Positions 49,524 to 59,419 of a DNA stretch of 64,000 nucleotides are shown here, in pieces. The notes beneath the pieces were generated by a model, which had not been told where the DNA came from, did not search any database, and was given only the letters and a program-made list of their open reading frames with translations. Made by a program: the position numbers and the translations under genes. Location: the NCBI GenBank assembly GCA_035649575.1, contig DASRJH010000085.1, positions 22,970-86,969 on the forward strand. The letters run 5' to 3'. How positions within the stretch are numbered: the stretch's first letter is position 1; each line of letters begins with the position of its first letter. The stretch is from Planctomycetota bacterium. Its GTDB lineage: Bacteria > Planctomycetota > UBA1135 > UBA2386.

Positions 49524-51030
49524 AGCGGTAGTAGGCCTCGAGGCAGAGCACCATGATCGCCGTGGAGTACACGCGACCGCCGTCTTCGCCCCATGGATCG
49601 AGCGGATCCCACGAACCCCTCGGGTTGCCGTCCTTGAGCTGCGTCTTGACCGCTGCGTCGGTCATCTTCCTGGCCCAGCCGTCCCAGTGGGTGCCGCCGA
49701 CCTGATACATCGCGTAGCTCGCGTAGTACCAGTAGTACATGTCGATCGAACCATCGGTCGCGTTCCACACGGGCGGCTTGCTCATGATGAGGTCGGCCGC
49801 GGGCCCCATGGTTTTGCAGTCCTTGGGTTCCTGCTCCATGAGGTAGCGGCACAACAACACGACGGCCGTCAGCGCCTCGGTCTTGTTCTGCGGGAACTTG
49901 GCCAGCTTGCCGACTGGCCGCGAGCTGCCTTCGCTGATTTTCAGATACCCGGAGGCGCCGGTCGCATCGGTCACGCCGTCGAACCACACGGTGGCGGCTT
50001 TGAGCGCGGCATCGTCGTACGCGAGGTTGAACGCCTTCGCCGACAGCAGCGCCTGCACCATCCAGCCCGTGATCGACGTGTCGTTGTCGTTGTCGCGCGG
50101 CTGGTAGCGCCACACGCCGTAGGGATTGCGCGCGTTCGCGATGTAGTTGATCGCGAGCTGGGCGTGCTTCTTGAGCGGCCGGTGCTCGGAGAGACCGTAG
50201 GCTTCGCAGAGTGCCACGGTCGCGATCGCGTGCGAGTAGACGTATGCGCTCGAAGCGTTCTGGCCGATCAGACCGTTCTCCGTGTTCTGCTGCTCGATCA
50301 GCCACTTGACTCCCTTGCGCACGACCTCGCGGTAGGTGCCGATCTTCATCGTGTTGCCTTCGCCGAGGAAGGCCAGCAAGGCCAGACCGCTGACGCCGAC
50401 GTCGTTGACGGGGCTGCCTGCGCCGGTGCACGGCTCACCGTTCAGGTCGTGCTTCATGAACTTCTCGCAGTCCCAGCGGCCGTCTTCGTCCTGGTGCTTG
50501 CGCAGCCATTCGAGGCCGAGCGTGATCGCCTCGTTGACGCGTCCGCCGGCGCCGCCCTTGCCTCCCTTGCCGAACCGGCTGCCGTACTTGCCGCCCAGCT
50601 TGCGACCACCACGTGCATCCGGTGCAATGCCGTGGTGTCCGGGGCCGGTGACGCCGATCGCGGAGCCGCCGGTCGTGTCGCCGCTCGGCAGGTTGGACAG
50701 TTCCGTCGGGTCACCCGACTCGGGTTCGTCCGTGGCGTCCGGATCGAACTCCGTCAGGTCGCTCGGCAGGATGTCCTGGTCCTTGAGCTTCGGCACCTCC
50801 TCGCGGTCGACGATGTCGGGCGGGATGACCTGCTCGACCAGGGCACTCTGCGTCACCGTGATCTCCGTCGGCAGCGTGTCGTCCGTCGACGAGTCGCGCG
50901 CGTAATACATGATGCTCGCGACGGCGACACCGGCAACGTGCAGCAGGATCGCGATGAGCACCCACGGGGATTGAGTCGCTATCTTCTTGCCAATCTGCTC
51001 AGTCGGGGGCGATTCCAGGGCTTCGCTCAT
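49498..51030 (-). CDS. membrane-anchored prenyltransferase/squalene-oxidase-repeat (alpha/alpha barrel) protein
   Basis: N-terminal TM SPWVLIAILLHVAG; acidic/Pro/Gly linker; WLRKHQDEDGRW, LALLAFL, WLIEQQ, YSHAIAT, GVWRY, DTSITGW, YYWYY and GSWDP...GGRVYSTA. Confidence 0.85.
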   Translation of the reverse strand: MSEALESPPTEQIGKKIATQSPWVLIAILLHVAGVAVASIMYYARDSSTDDTLPTEITVTQSALVEQVIPPDIVDREEVPKLKDQDILPSDLTEFDPDATDEPESGDPTELSNLPSGDTTGGSAIGVTGPGHHGIAPDARGGRKLGGKYGSRFGKGGKGGAGGRVNEAITLGLEWLRKHQDEDGRWDCEKFMKHDLNGEPCTGAGSPVNDVGVSGLALLAFLGEGNTMKIGTYREVVRKGVKWLIEQQNTENGLIGQNASSAYVYSHAIATVALCEAYGLSEHRPLKKHAQLAINYIANARNPYGVWRYQPRDNDNDTSITGWMVQALLSAKAFNLAYDDAALKAATVWFDGVTDATGASGYLKISEGSSRPVGKLAKFPQNKTEALTAVVLLCRYLMEQEPKDCKTMGPAADLIMSKPPVWNATDGSIDMYYWYYASYAMYQVGGTHWDGWARKMTDAAVKTQLKDGNPRGSWDPLDPWGEDGGRVYSTAIMVLCLEAYYRYGKVSFGR

Positions 51031-51257
51031 AGGTGGGACCTCGTGCGCAAACCGGGACAGTGGAAATGCCGGCTTCGGGGGTTCGAGCCTGCACTTCGCG
51101 GGAGAGGAGCCTCCTTCTAGCAAGCGCGACCTGCTTGTCACGTCGAATTCCGCGTCGACGAAGTTCGGCAGAACATGTTGTGAGGATCGGGTTTGCGGGA
51201 GATCGCGCGGCAGGGGATCGCCCGTTTATTCACTTCATTGACTTCGCAGGCCGCTGA

Positions 51258-51275
51258 CTTGATGCAGCCTTGATG
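51258..51275 (+). promoter_or_regulatory. OmpR-family-type direct repeat, candidate KdpE-like box
   Basis: CTTGATG-N4-CTTGATG (11-bp period), 50 bp upstream of the kinase gene. Confidence 0.5.
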
Positions 51276-51325
51276 TCGCGTCGGGGCGAGTTGCACCATT
51301 TGACCGGTGCGTCGATGCTGGCGGT

Positions 51326-52912
51326 GTGGTTCCTTCTCCCTCCGGTTCGTCAGTGAACTACTCCGTCGGCCAGAGGCACGGAGTGGCCGCGCGGAGCACC
51401 ACCGAGCCAGCCTGGATCAGCTACCTGACTGCGTTCGCCGCCGTCGCCGTCGCGACGCTCGTCGCGTTCCCGATGTTCCAGCTGCGCGACCTCGCGAACA
51501 TCGTCATGGTCTACCTGCTGGCGGTGTTCCTCGTGGCCGCCGTGCTCGGCACCGGACCAGCGACCCTCGCGACCGTGCTCGCGGTTGCCTCCTTCGTCTA
51601 CTTCTTCGTTCCGTACTACTACTCCTTCATCGTCGCCGACTTTCGCTCCCTTCCGACGTTCGCCCTGTTGTTCTGTGTCGGGCTCGTCGCAGCGACGCTC
51701 ACGGGCCGGCTGCGCGCCGAAGCCGTGGCGGGGCGCGAACGCGAGATCCGCAGCCAGGCCCTGTATCAGTTGTCGCGCGGTCTCGCTGCAGCGGAGACGA
51801 GGGCCGCGATCATCGCGGTGGTGCGCGAACACGTGCAGGAAGTCTTCGGCTGTTCGTCCTGGCTGCTCGAGTGCAAGAGCGACGGACTGGTCGTCGTCGA
51901 ACCCGCGGGTGAGGATCCCACGCTCACGCCCGAGGTCATGGCCTTTGCGCAACGTGCACTGCGTGAACGATCCGTGCTCCGGGCCGATACTCTGCTGTTC
52001 GTCCCGATGATCGTCGCGAGCGAACCCGTGGGCCTCGTGTTCTGCCGCGGCATCGACGTTCGCGACGTGAGTTCCCTGCGCCTGCTCGAAGCCTTCGCCA
52101 ACAACGCCGCGATCGCGCTGCAGCGCCTGATCATCGGCGACGAGGCGCGAGAGACGCAACATCGCATCGATGCGGTACGCTTGCGCAACGTCTTGTTGAG
52201 CTCGATGAGCCACGATTTCCGGACGCCGCTTGCGTCGATCACGGGCGCGGTGACGACGCTGATCGACAGCGGCGCGTCGATCGATCAGGAGACGCGCACC
52301 GACTTGATGCACTCGATCCGCGAGGACGCCGATCACCTCGAAGTCCAGGTCCGCAACATGTTGGACGTCACGCGACTGGAGTCCGGCAATCTGCAGGTCG
52401 AGCGCGACTGGCACGCGCTCGAGGAGGTGGTCGGATGCGCGCTGACGCGTCTCGAGCGTTCGCTCGCGTCGCGCAGCATCAAGATCGAGATTCCGGCCGA
52501 TCTGCCCTTGGTTGCCATGGACGCGCTGCTGATCGAACAGATGCTCGTCAACCTGCTCGAGAACGCGGCCCGCTACACTCCCCCGGGCAGTCCGATCGAG
52601 ATAACCGCCGCGGATCACGAGGAGTGGATCCGCATCACGATCGCCGACCACGGCCCCGGGATCCCCGCCGCGGAGCGCGAGGCAGTGTTCAAGAAGTTCT
52701 ATCGCGGTGCCGGCGCCAAGGTGCGCGGCGGCTCCGGTCTCGGGCTCGCCATCTGCCGCGCTATCGCGCAACTGCACGGCGGATTCGTCTGGGTGGACGA
52801 CCGGCAGGATGGAGCCCCAGGCTCTGCGTTCCAGATCGATCTCCCGAGCCAATGGGAGAACCAGCAGGTGTCGACGCAGACGACGAGGAACAACACGAAG
52901 GACGCCGAATGA
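51326..52912 (+). CDS. kdpD: KdpD-like sensor histidine kinase lacking the N-terminal KdpD/Usp domains
   Basis: Four-TM DUF4118-like segment (NIVMVYLLAV, YFFVPYYYSF), GAF-like region, LLSSMSHDFRTPL, NLLENA and GSGLGL. Confidence 0.8.
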   Translation: MVPSPSGSSVNYSVGQRHGVAARSTTEPAWISYLTAFAAVAVATLVAFPMFQLRDLANIVMVYLLAVFLVAAVLGTGPATLATVLAVASFVYFFVPYYYSFIVADFRSLPTFALLFCVGLVAATLTGRLRAEAVAGREREIRSQALYQLSRGLAAAETRAAIIAVVREHVQEVFGCSSWLLECKSDGLVVVEPAGEDPTLTPEVMAFAQRALRERSVLRADTLLFVPMIVASEPVGLVFCRGIDVRDVSSLRLLEAFANNAAIALQRLIIGDEARETQHRIDAVRLRNVLLSSMSHDFRTPLASITGAVTTLIDSGASIDQETRTDLMHSIREDADHLEVQVRNMLDVTRLESGNLQVERDWHALEEVVGCALTRLERSLASRSIKIEIPADLPLVAMDALLIEQMLVNLLENAARYTPPGSPIEITAADHEEWIRITIADHGPGIPAAEREAVFKKFYRGAGAKVRGGSGLGLAICRAIAQLHGGFVWVDDRQDGAPGSAFQIDLPSQWENQQVSTQTTRNNTKDAE

Positions 52913-53625
52913 ACGACGTCGCGGGCGCCCCGCCGGTCGCCTACCACCTGCTCGTCGTCGAGGACGAAGCCCAGATGCGCCGGTTCTTGCGCGTGACGCT
53001 GCGCGTCAACGGCTACCGCGTGACCGAAGCCACGACCGCCACCGAAGCCATGGCGATCGCCGAGACGCGGCGGCCCGACCTCGTGATCCTCGACCTTGGC
53101 CTTCCGGACCTCGACGGCGTGACCGTGGTCGGCAAGCTGCGGACCTGGTTCACGGGTCCGATCATCGTCGTGTCGGCGCGGCAGCAGGAAGGCGACAAGG
53201 TGCGCGCCCTCGACGCCGGCGCCGACGACTACCTCACGAAGCCGTTCGGCACGGCGGAGCTGTTGGCGCGCATCCGCGTGGCCCTGCGCCACGGCAACCG
53301 GATCGGCACCGAGCCGGACCAGGGTGTGTTCCAGACCGGCGACTTGCGCGTCGACCGCGATCGCCACGACGTGTCGGTGCGCGGGCAGAGCGTGAAGCTC
53401 ACGGCGCTCGAGTACCGGCTGCTCGATGCGATGATCCGGCACGCGGGAAGAGTCGTCACGCAGCGGCAGCTCCTGCGCGAAGTCTGGGGCGAAGCGCACG
53501 TCGAGGAAGCCCACTACCTGCGCGTCTACATGTCGGCGCTGCGCCGCAAGCTCGAAGAGAACCCCGCGCGGCCGAAGCTGCTGCTCACCGAGCAGAGCGT
53601 GGGCTACCGGCTGCGTTCCGATTGA
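52909..53625 (+). CDS. kdpE: KdpE-like OmpR-family response regulator
   Basis: ATGA overlap; LDLGLPDLDG, ALDAGADDYLTKPF, HYLRVYM and LRRKLEENPARP. Confidence 0.88.
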   Translation: MNDVAGAPPVAYHLLVVEDEAQMRRFLRVTLRVNGYRVTEATTATEAMAIAETRRPDLVILDLGLPDLDGVTVVGKLRTWFTGPIIVVSARQQEGDKVRALDAGADDYLTKPFGTAELLARIRVALRHGNRIGTEPDQGVFQTGDLRVDRDRHDVSVRGQSVKLTALEYRLLDAMIRHAGRVVTQRQLLREVWGEAHVEEAHYLRVYMSALRRKLEENPARPKLLLTEQSVGYRLRSD

Positions 53626-53648
53626 GTCACAGCACCGCGCCGGCGCGA

Positions 53649-55088
<1,440 letters not shown>

Positions 55089-55124
55089 TCAGTTGCGGTG
55101 TGTTGCGGCAGTGGGGTAACCGCG

Positions 55125-55550
55125 TCACTGGCAGCCCGAGTACTTGCAGTCCGTCGAGATGAACTCGATGTTGCCGCCGACGAGATCGAAGGAGCCGACC
55201 TGCATGTAGAAGTACTGCTGATACCAGTTTGGCCAGGTGCGGCCCCACGAGAACTCGCCGAGGTCGTTGGTCACGAACTTATGACCCCAGACGAAGTCGC
55301 AGAGCAGCAGGCACCCGGGGCCGGGCAACGGCGCGGACCACTGCGTGAGTCCCCAGTTCATGAGACCCTGGGCGTGCGGGTGGAGGCCCGTGGCGCTGAC
55401 GGTGATGTTCATGTTGCCGCCCATGCCCTGGGGCGTGAACGTCACGGAGAGCGTGGCGCAGCTCGACGCTACCGAGGTCGAGGTGCAGGTGAGCTGTGCT
55501 GACGCCACAGTGGTCAGCAAGAGAGGTACAAGAGAAGTAAGGAGGTTCAT
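55125..55550 (-). CDS. small exported Cys-containing protein consisting essentially of the shared C-terminal-type domain
   Basis: Signal ending ASA|Q; PGPGC...FYMQ...STD pattern. Confidence 0.75.
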   Translation of the reverse strand: MNLLTSLVPLLLTTVASAQLTCTSTSVASSCATLSVTFTPQGMGGNMNITVSATGLHPHAQGLMNWGLTQWSAPLPGPGCLLLCDFVWGHKFVTNDLGEFSWGRTWPNWYQQYFYMQVGSFDLVGGNIEFISTDCKYSGCQ

Positions 55551-55924
55551 GGTTTTCGGTTAGGTCGAGGACACGGACACGCTTCGTTCCCCAGGAGGCG
55601 TGGGTCACGACGCCAGACTCGCAAAACAGGGGCGGATCAGCCGCACCCGCACTCGATTAGTCACAGGGGGAAAAAAGGGGACACAGAAAAACCTGAGACG
55701 AGATGCTCGAGGGCTTGCGCCGTGGGGTCGGTGCCATCGCGACTTCGAACACCGAAGCTGCACGCAACACGACACTTGCATCGCGTCTTTTCAGCGCGAG
55801 CTTGACTCGCGCCGGAGCCATCACCCGCGGCAAGAAGTGGCAAGAAACCGTCGGCGGTCGAGCGACGCGTCGCCGAGAAGTCGACGCAAGAATCATGGTG
55901 GAAAGTCTGTGAGAGCTGCGAGGC

Positions 55925-55946
55925 ACCATGAAGAGACCATGAAGAG
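55925..55946. repeat. perfect 11-bp tandem direct repeat in a long intergenic region
   Basis: ACCATGAAGAG x2. Confidence 0.8.
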
Positions 55947-56042
55947 TGCTCCTATCCGCAATCACGAGGCTCGGTGCGACACAGCAATGCCGTCCACCGC
56001 AGACACGAAGCCCCCAATGCGCAGCGGGGGAAAATGCGGCAG

Positions 56043-56816
56043 CTACACCCAACTGTTGGTCAGCAGTTCGCCCATGCCGCCTGCGCCGGGCACGATGTAC
56101 TGCACGTCGTTGAGCCCGCGTTCTTCGTCGGGCCAGGTGCCGGGCGGGTTGGCGAGCGCGCGCGCCGTCGACAGGCCGCGATCGAGGCGACCGGCGTAGA
56201 GCCGCACTCCGGGGTGGGCCCCGGTCACGCGCTGAATCGCTTCGGGTGTCACCATGAGGTGCGCGGCGACGATGCCGAGCGCATGCTCACCGCCGTACTC
56301 GCGGTAGACCTCGACCGCGCGGCAGATCGTGCTGCCCGTTGCGCCCATCGGATCCGGGATCAGGACGAGCGCGTCGTCGACGGGGCCACCGAGCTTGGTG
56401 CCGTCGAGCCGCACGCCGGTGACCTGATGCTGGCTGTCGGTGACGCGCGAGAGGTTCAGGAAGTCGAGACGCACGTTCTCGGGTGGCAGGACCTCGATCG
56501 CCGCTTCGTAGCAGGCCTGGGCCGGCAGGATGCCGGCGCGGATCACGGCGCAGATGACGAGCCTGGTGTCGCGGCAGAGATGGGGACCATGCACGAAGGC
56601 GCGCGGCTCCTGCGCCGTCATGCGCGTCTGGGCGCGTTGCTCGCGCAGCGGGAACTCGCGCGCGAGCACTTCCTGCAGCAGGCGCACGTAGGCCGTGCGC
56701 ACGAGGGCGGGCAGCTGCGCGGTGCTCGTCTGCGGGCTGCCGATCCGCAAGAGCAGCGTCGACAGATACGGATCGTCGAGCACCAGGACGTCGCGGCCAT
56801 AGCGATGGTCGAGCAT
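56043..56816 (-). CDS. upp: uracil phosphoribosyltransferase (divergent long form)
   Basis: VIRAG, PDPMGATG and LNDVQYIVPGAGG; start re-chosen at MLDHRYG. Confidence 0.8.
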   Translation of the reverse strand: MLDHRYGRDVLVLDDPYLSTLLLRIGSPQTSTAQLPALVRTAYVRLLQEVLAREFPLREQRAQTRMTAQEPRAFVHGPHLCRDTRLVICAVIRAGILPAQACYEAAIEVLPPENVRLDFLNLSRVTDSQHQVTGVRLDGTKLGGPVDDALVLIPDPMGATGSTICRAVEVYREYGGEHALGIVAAHLMVTPEAIQRVTGAHPGVRLYAGRLDRGLSTARALANPPGTWPDEERGLNDVQYIVPGAGGMGELLTNSWV

Positions 56817-56955
56817 GGGGAACGAGCCGAGACCATACCATTGCGGTCCGGTCGATTGGCCCACCCCCCCAGTCTGGCTCAATGCCACCGTCTCGTGAGG
56901 TCCTGTCCGGTGAGGTCCGGTGCAAGGTCTGCCGCGGCCGGCTATGGTCCCGCGA

Positions 56956-58749
56956 ATGTTCGCGACCTGCCTCGCCATCTCGCTGGCCGCCGGGCTGCCT
57001 CAGGGCAGCGAGGCCGACCGGCCCACGGGTCTCACCGTGGTCGTCGTCGACGTCGGCCAGGGTGACGGCATCGTCGTGCGCGCGCCCGACGGCAGGGTGC
57101 ACGTGATCGACGCCGGGCCCAACGGAGAAGGCACGGCTGCCGTGCTGCCGACGATCAGTGCGCTGCAGCCCGCGAACTACGGCTTCACGTTCCTGTCGCA
57201 CTTCCACGACGACCACCAGGGTGGGCTCGACGAGGTGCTCGTGGCGCTGCCGTTCCAGTTCGCCTACGACCGCGGCGACGTGAACCGGCCCTCGAACCCG
57301 GGCGTGAACAACTACCTGGCGGCGGCGGGCACGCGCCGGCGGACCGTGACGCTCGGGACGATCTACCAACTCGGTGGGGGAGCGACGCTGCGGTGCATCG
57401 CGCTGAACGGCAACGTGCTCGGCGGTGTGTTCGTCGATCCGACGGCGTCGGCGCAGGAGGAGAACTCGCGCTCGATCGCGCTGCGGCTCGACTATGGACA
57501 GTTCTCGATGTGGCTCGGCGGCGACCTCACGGGGGGCGCGAGCAGCACGGCCGACGTCGAGAGCCCGGCTTCGCTGAGTTGCGGCGACGTGGACGTCTAC
57601 AAGCTGAACCACCACGGTTCGAGCACTTCGACGAACGACAACCTCGTGACCAGGCTCGCTCCGGAACTGGCCGTGGTGAGCTGCGGCGACGGCAACCCGT
57701 ATGGGCATCCGACCAACACGGTCGTGAATCGCCTCAACCAGGCGGCGGCGTCGCGCGCGCTGTTGTCTACGACGTTGGGCAATGGGACCACGATCGGGTT
57801 CGGCGTCGCGGGCGGCATCCGCATCGACACGGACGGCACGCGCTACCGCGCGACGGCCGAGAACGGCGACTTCCTCGACTTCTATTGCGACGAGGTCGTC
57901 ACGCCGGCGCTCGCCGCGGGTTCGGTGCGCATCAGCGAAGTGCATCGCAACCCGAACGTCGTGCCCGACACGAACGGCGAGTATGTCGAGGTGATCAACA
58001 TCGGTTCGCGGCCGCAGGGCCTGCGCGGCCTGCGGCTCTCGAACTCGACCGGCACGGTCACGATCGCGAGCAACTTCCAGCTCGTGCCGGGCCGGCCCAT
58101 GTTGTTCCAGGTCGACGCGGCAGCGGGCCGCAACGGCGGACAGCCGCTCGGCCAATGCCTGCCGTTCGGCTCGCTCTCGCTCGGCGACAGCAGCGGCGGG
58201 ATCGTGCTGCAGCAGAACACGACGACGATCGACAGTCTGTCCTACGCGACCGGTTTTCCGGGTGGTGCGGGCGTTGCCGCCGAACGGCGCGACCTGAACG
58301 CACCGAACTCGGCCGCGAACTACGCGGCGGCCGTGGCGACGTTCGGGTCCGGCGACCGCGGCTCGCCGGGCAGGAGCAACGACGCCGATACGACGGTCCA
58401 TGCCGTGCAGATCGCGGTGACGACCGAGCCTTCGCGCTTCACCGTGCACGGCAGCGCGCTCGACTTCGGCTACTACATCAGCGTGCTCGGCCTCGCCTAT
58501 GGCAGCTCGCCCGGTATTCCGTGGAACGGCGCGCTGATCCCGCTCAACTTCGACCCGCTGTTCCAGGCGGCCCTCGGGGCGCCTTCCGTTCTCGCCATCA
58601 TGCCCGTGCTCGGATACCGTTCGCTGACGGTGCAGCTTCCCGTGCCAAACCCGGTCGCCGGGATCCCGCTGTTCGCGGCCCACGTGGTGCTCGACTACTC
58701 GCTCGCGGTCCCGGGGCTGTCGCCGGCCACTTCGTTCATATTGCCGTGA
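56956..58749 (+). CDS. exported ComEC-like metallo-beta-lactamase-fold hydrolase with lamin-tail domain and C-terminal domain
   Basis: DVGQGD, IDAG, SHFHDDHQGG, NSRS, GD, NHHGS and NPYGHP; LTD motif ISEVHRNP...GEYVEVIN. Confidence 0.85.
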   Translation: MFATCLAISLAAGLPQGSEADRPTGLTVVVVDVGQGDGIVVRAPDGRVHVIDAGPNGEGTAAVLPTISALQPANYGFTFLSHFHDDHQGGLDEVLVALPFQFAYDRGDVNRPSNPGVNNYLAAAGTRRRTVTLGTIYQLGGGATLRCIALNGNVLGGVFVDPTASAQEENSRSIALRLDYGQFSMWLGGDLTGGASSTADVESPASLSCGDVDVYKLNHHGSSTSTNDNLVTRLAPELAVVSCGDGNPYGHPTNTVVNRLNQAAASRALLSTTLGNGTTIGFGVAGGIRIDTDGTRYRATAENGDFLDFYCDEVVTPALAAGSVRISEVHRNPNVVPDTNGEYVEVINIGSRPQGLRGLRLSNSTGTVTIASNFQLVPGRPMLFQVDAAAGRNGGQPLGQCLPFGSLSLGDSSGGIVLQQNTTTIDSLSYATGFPGGAGVAAERRDLNAPNSAANYAAAVATFGSGDRGSPGRSNDADTTVHAVQIAVTTEPSRFTVHGSALDFGYYISVLGLAYGSSPGIPWNGALIPLNFDPLFQAALGAPSVLAIMPVLGYRSLTVQLPVPNPVAGIPLFAAHVVLDYSLAVPGLSPATSFILP

Positions 58750-59312
58750 AAGACTCCCCGCCGTTCCGCGTGCTGCTCTCGCACGACCAGATCCTGCGGC
58801 GCACGCACGAGCTGGCGCGCTCGATCGCGGCGGTGGCGACGGGGGAGCCGATGCTGCTCGTCGCCGTGATCGAGGGGGCGCGGCCTTTCGCGCGGCAGCT
58901 GCAGAAGTCGCTGCCGTTCCAGCTGCCGTTGCACGAGGTCCGAGCGTCGTCCTACGGCGCCGGCACCACGAGCGCGGGCGTCGTGGAGATCACGGGCGAG
59001 CCCGCCGTGTCGTGCCGTGACCAGAACGTGCTGCTGCTCGAAGACATCGTCGACACGGGCCGCACGGTCGCCGCACTGCAGCGCCACTTCGCCGCCGCAG
59101 GAGCCAGGAGCTGCCGCGTGGCGACTCTGCTCAGCAAGCCGTCGCGGCGGGTCGCCGAGGTGCGGCTCGACTACGTGGGTTTCGAGATCCCCGACGTGTT
59201 CGTGATCGGCTTCGGCATGGACGTGGCGGGTCGATACCGCGAGCTGCCCGACGTCGTAGTCTACGATGCCGAACTGGAAGCCTCGTTCTCACGAGCAGCT
59301 CCGGTGCGGTGA
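58746..59312 (+). CDS. hpt: hypoxanthine phosphoribosyltransferase
   Basis: GTGA overlap; SSYG, LLEDIVDTGRT, LLSKP, FVIGFGMD and YRELP. Confidence 0.9.
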   Translation: MKDSPPFRVLLSHDQILRRTHELARSIAAVATGEPMLLVAVIEGARPFARQLQKSLPFQLPLHEVRASSYGAGTTSAGVVEITGEPAVSCRDQNVLLLEDIVDTGRTVAALQRHFAAAGARSCRVATLLSKPSRRVAEVRLDYVGFEIPDVFVIGFGMDVAGRYRELPDVVVYDAELEASFSRAAPVR

Positions 59313-59419
59313 GGAGCCCGAGCGCTGCGGGCCGCGGTGCCGCGGCGAAGGGGGCGTTTCCTCGGCGGGCTGCCATGCTACACTGTCGCTCCCCTCTCCT
59401 TCCGATTCCTGATCCGCAT

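Noticed and set aside
49498..51030. Squalene-hopene cyclase / hopanoid cluster
   Set aside because: A single barrel with a membrane anchor, no intact DXDD motif and no hpn genes nearby.
55657..56052. Small ORFs in the 55.6-56.0 kb gap
   Set aside because: No recognisable motifs, RBS or typical codon bias.
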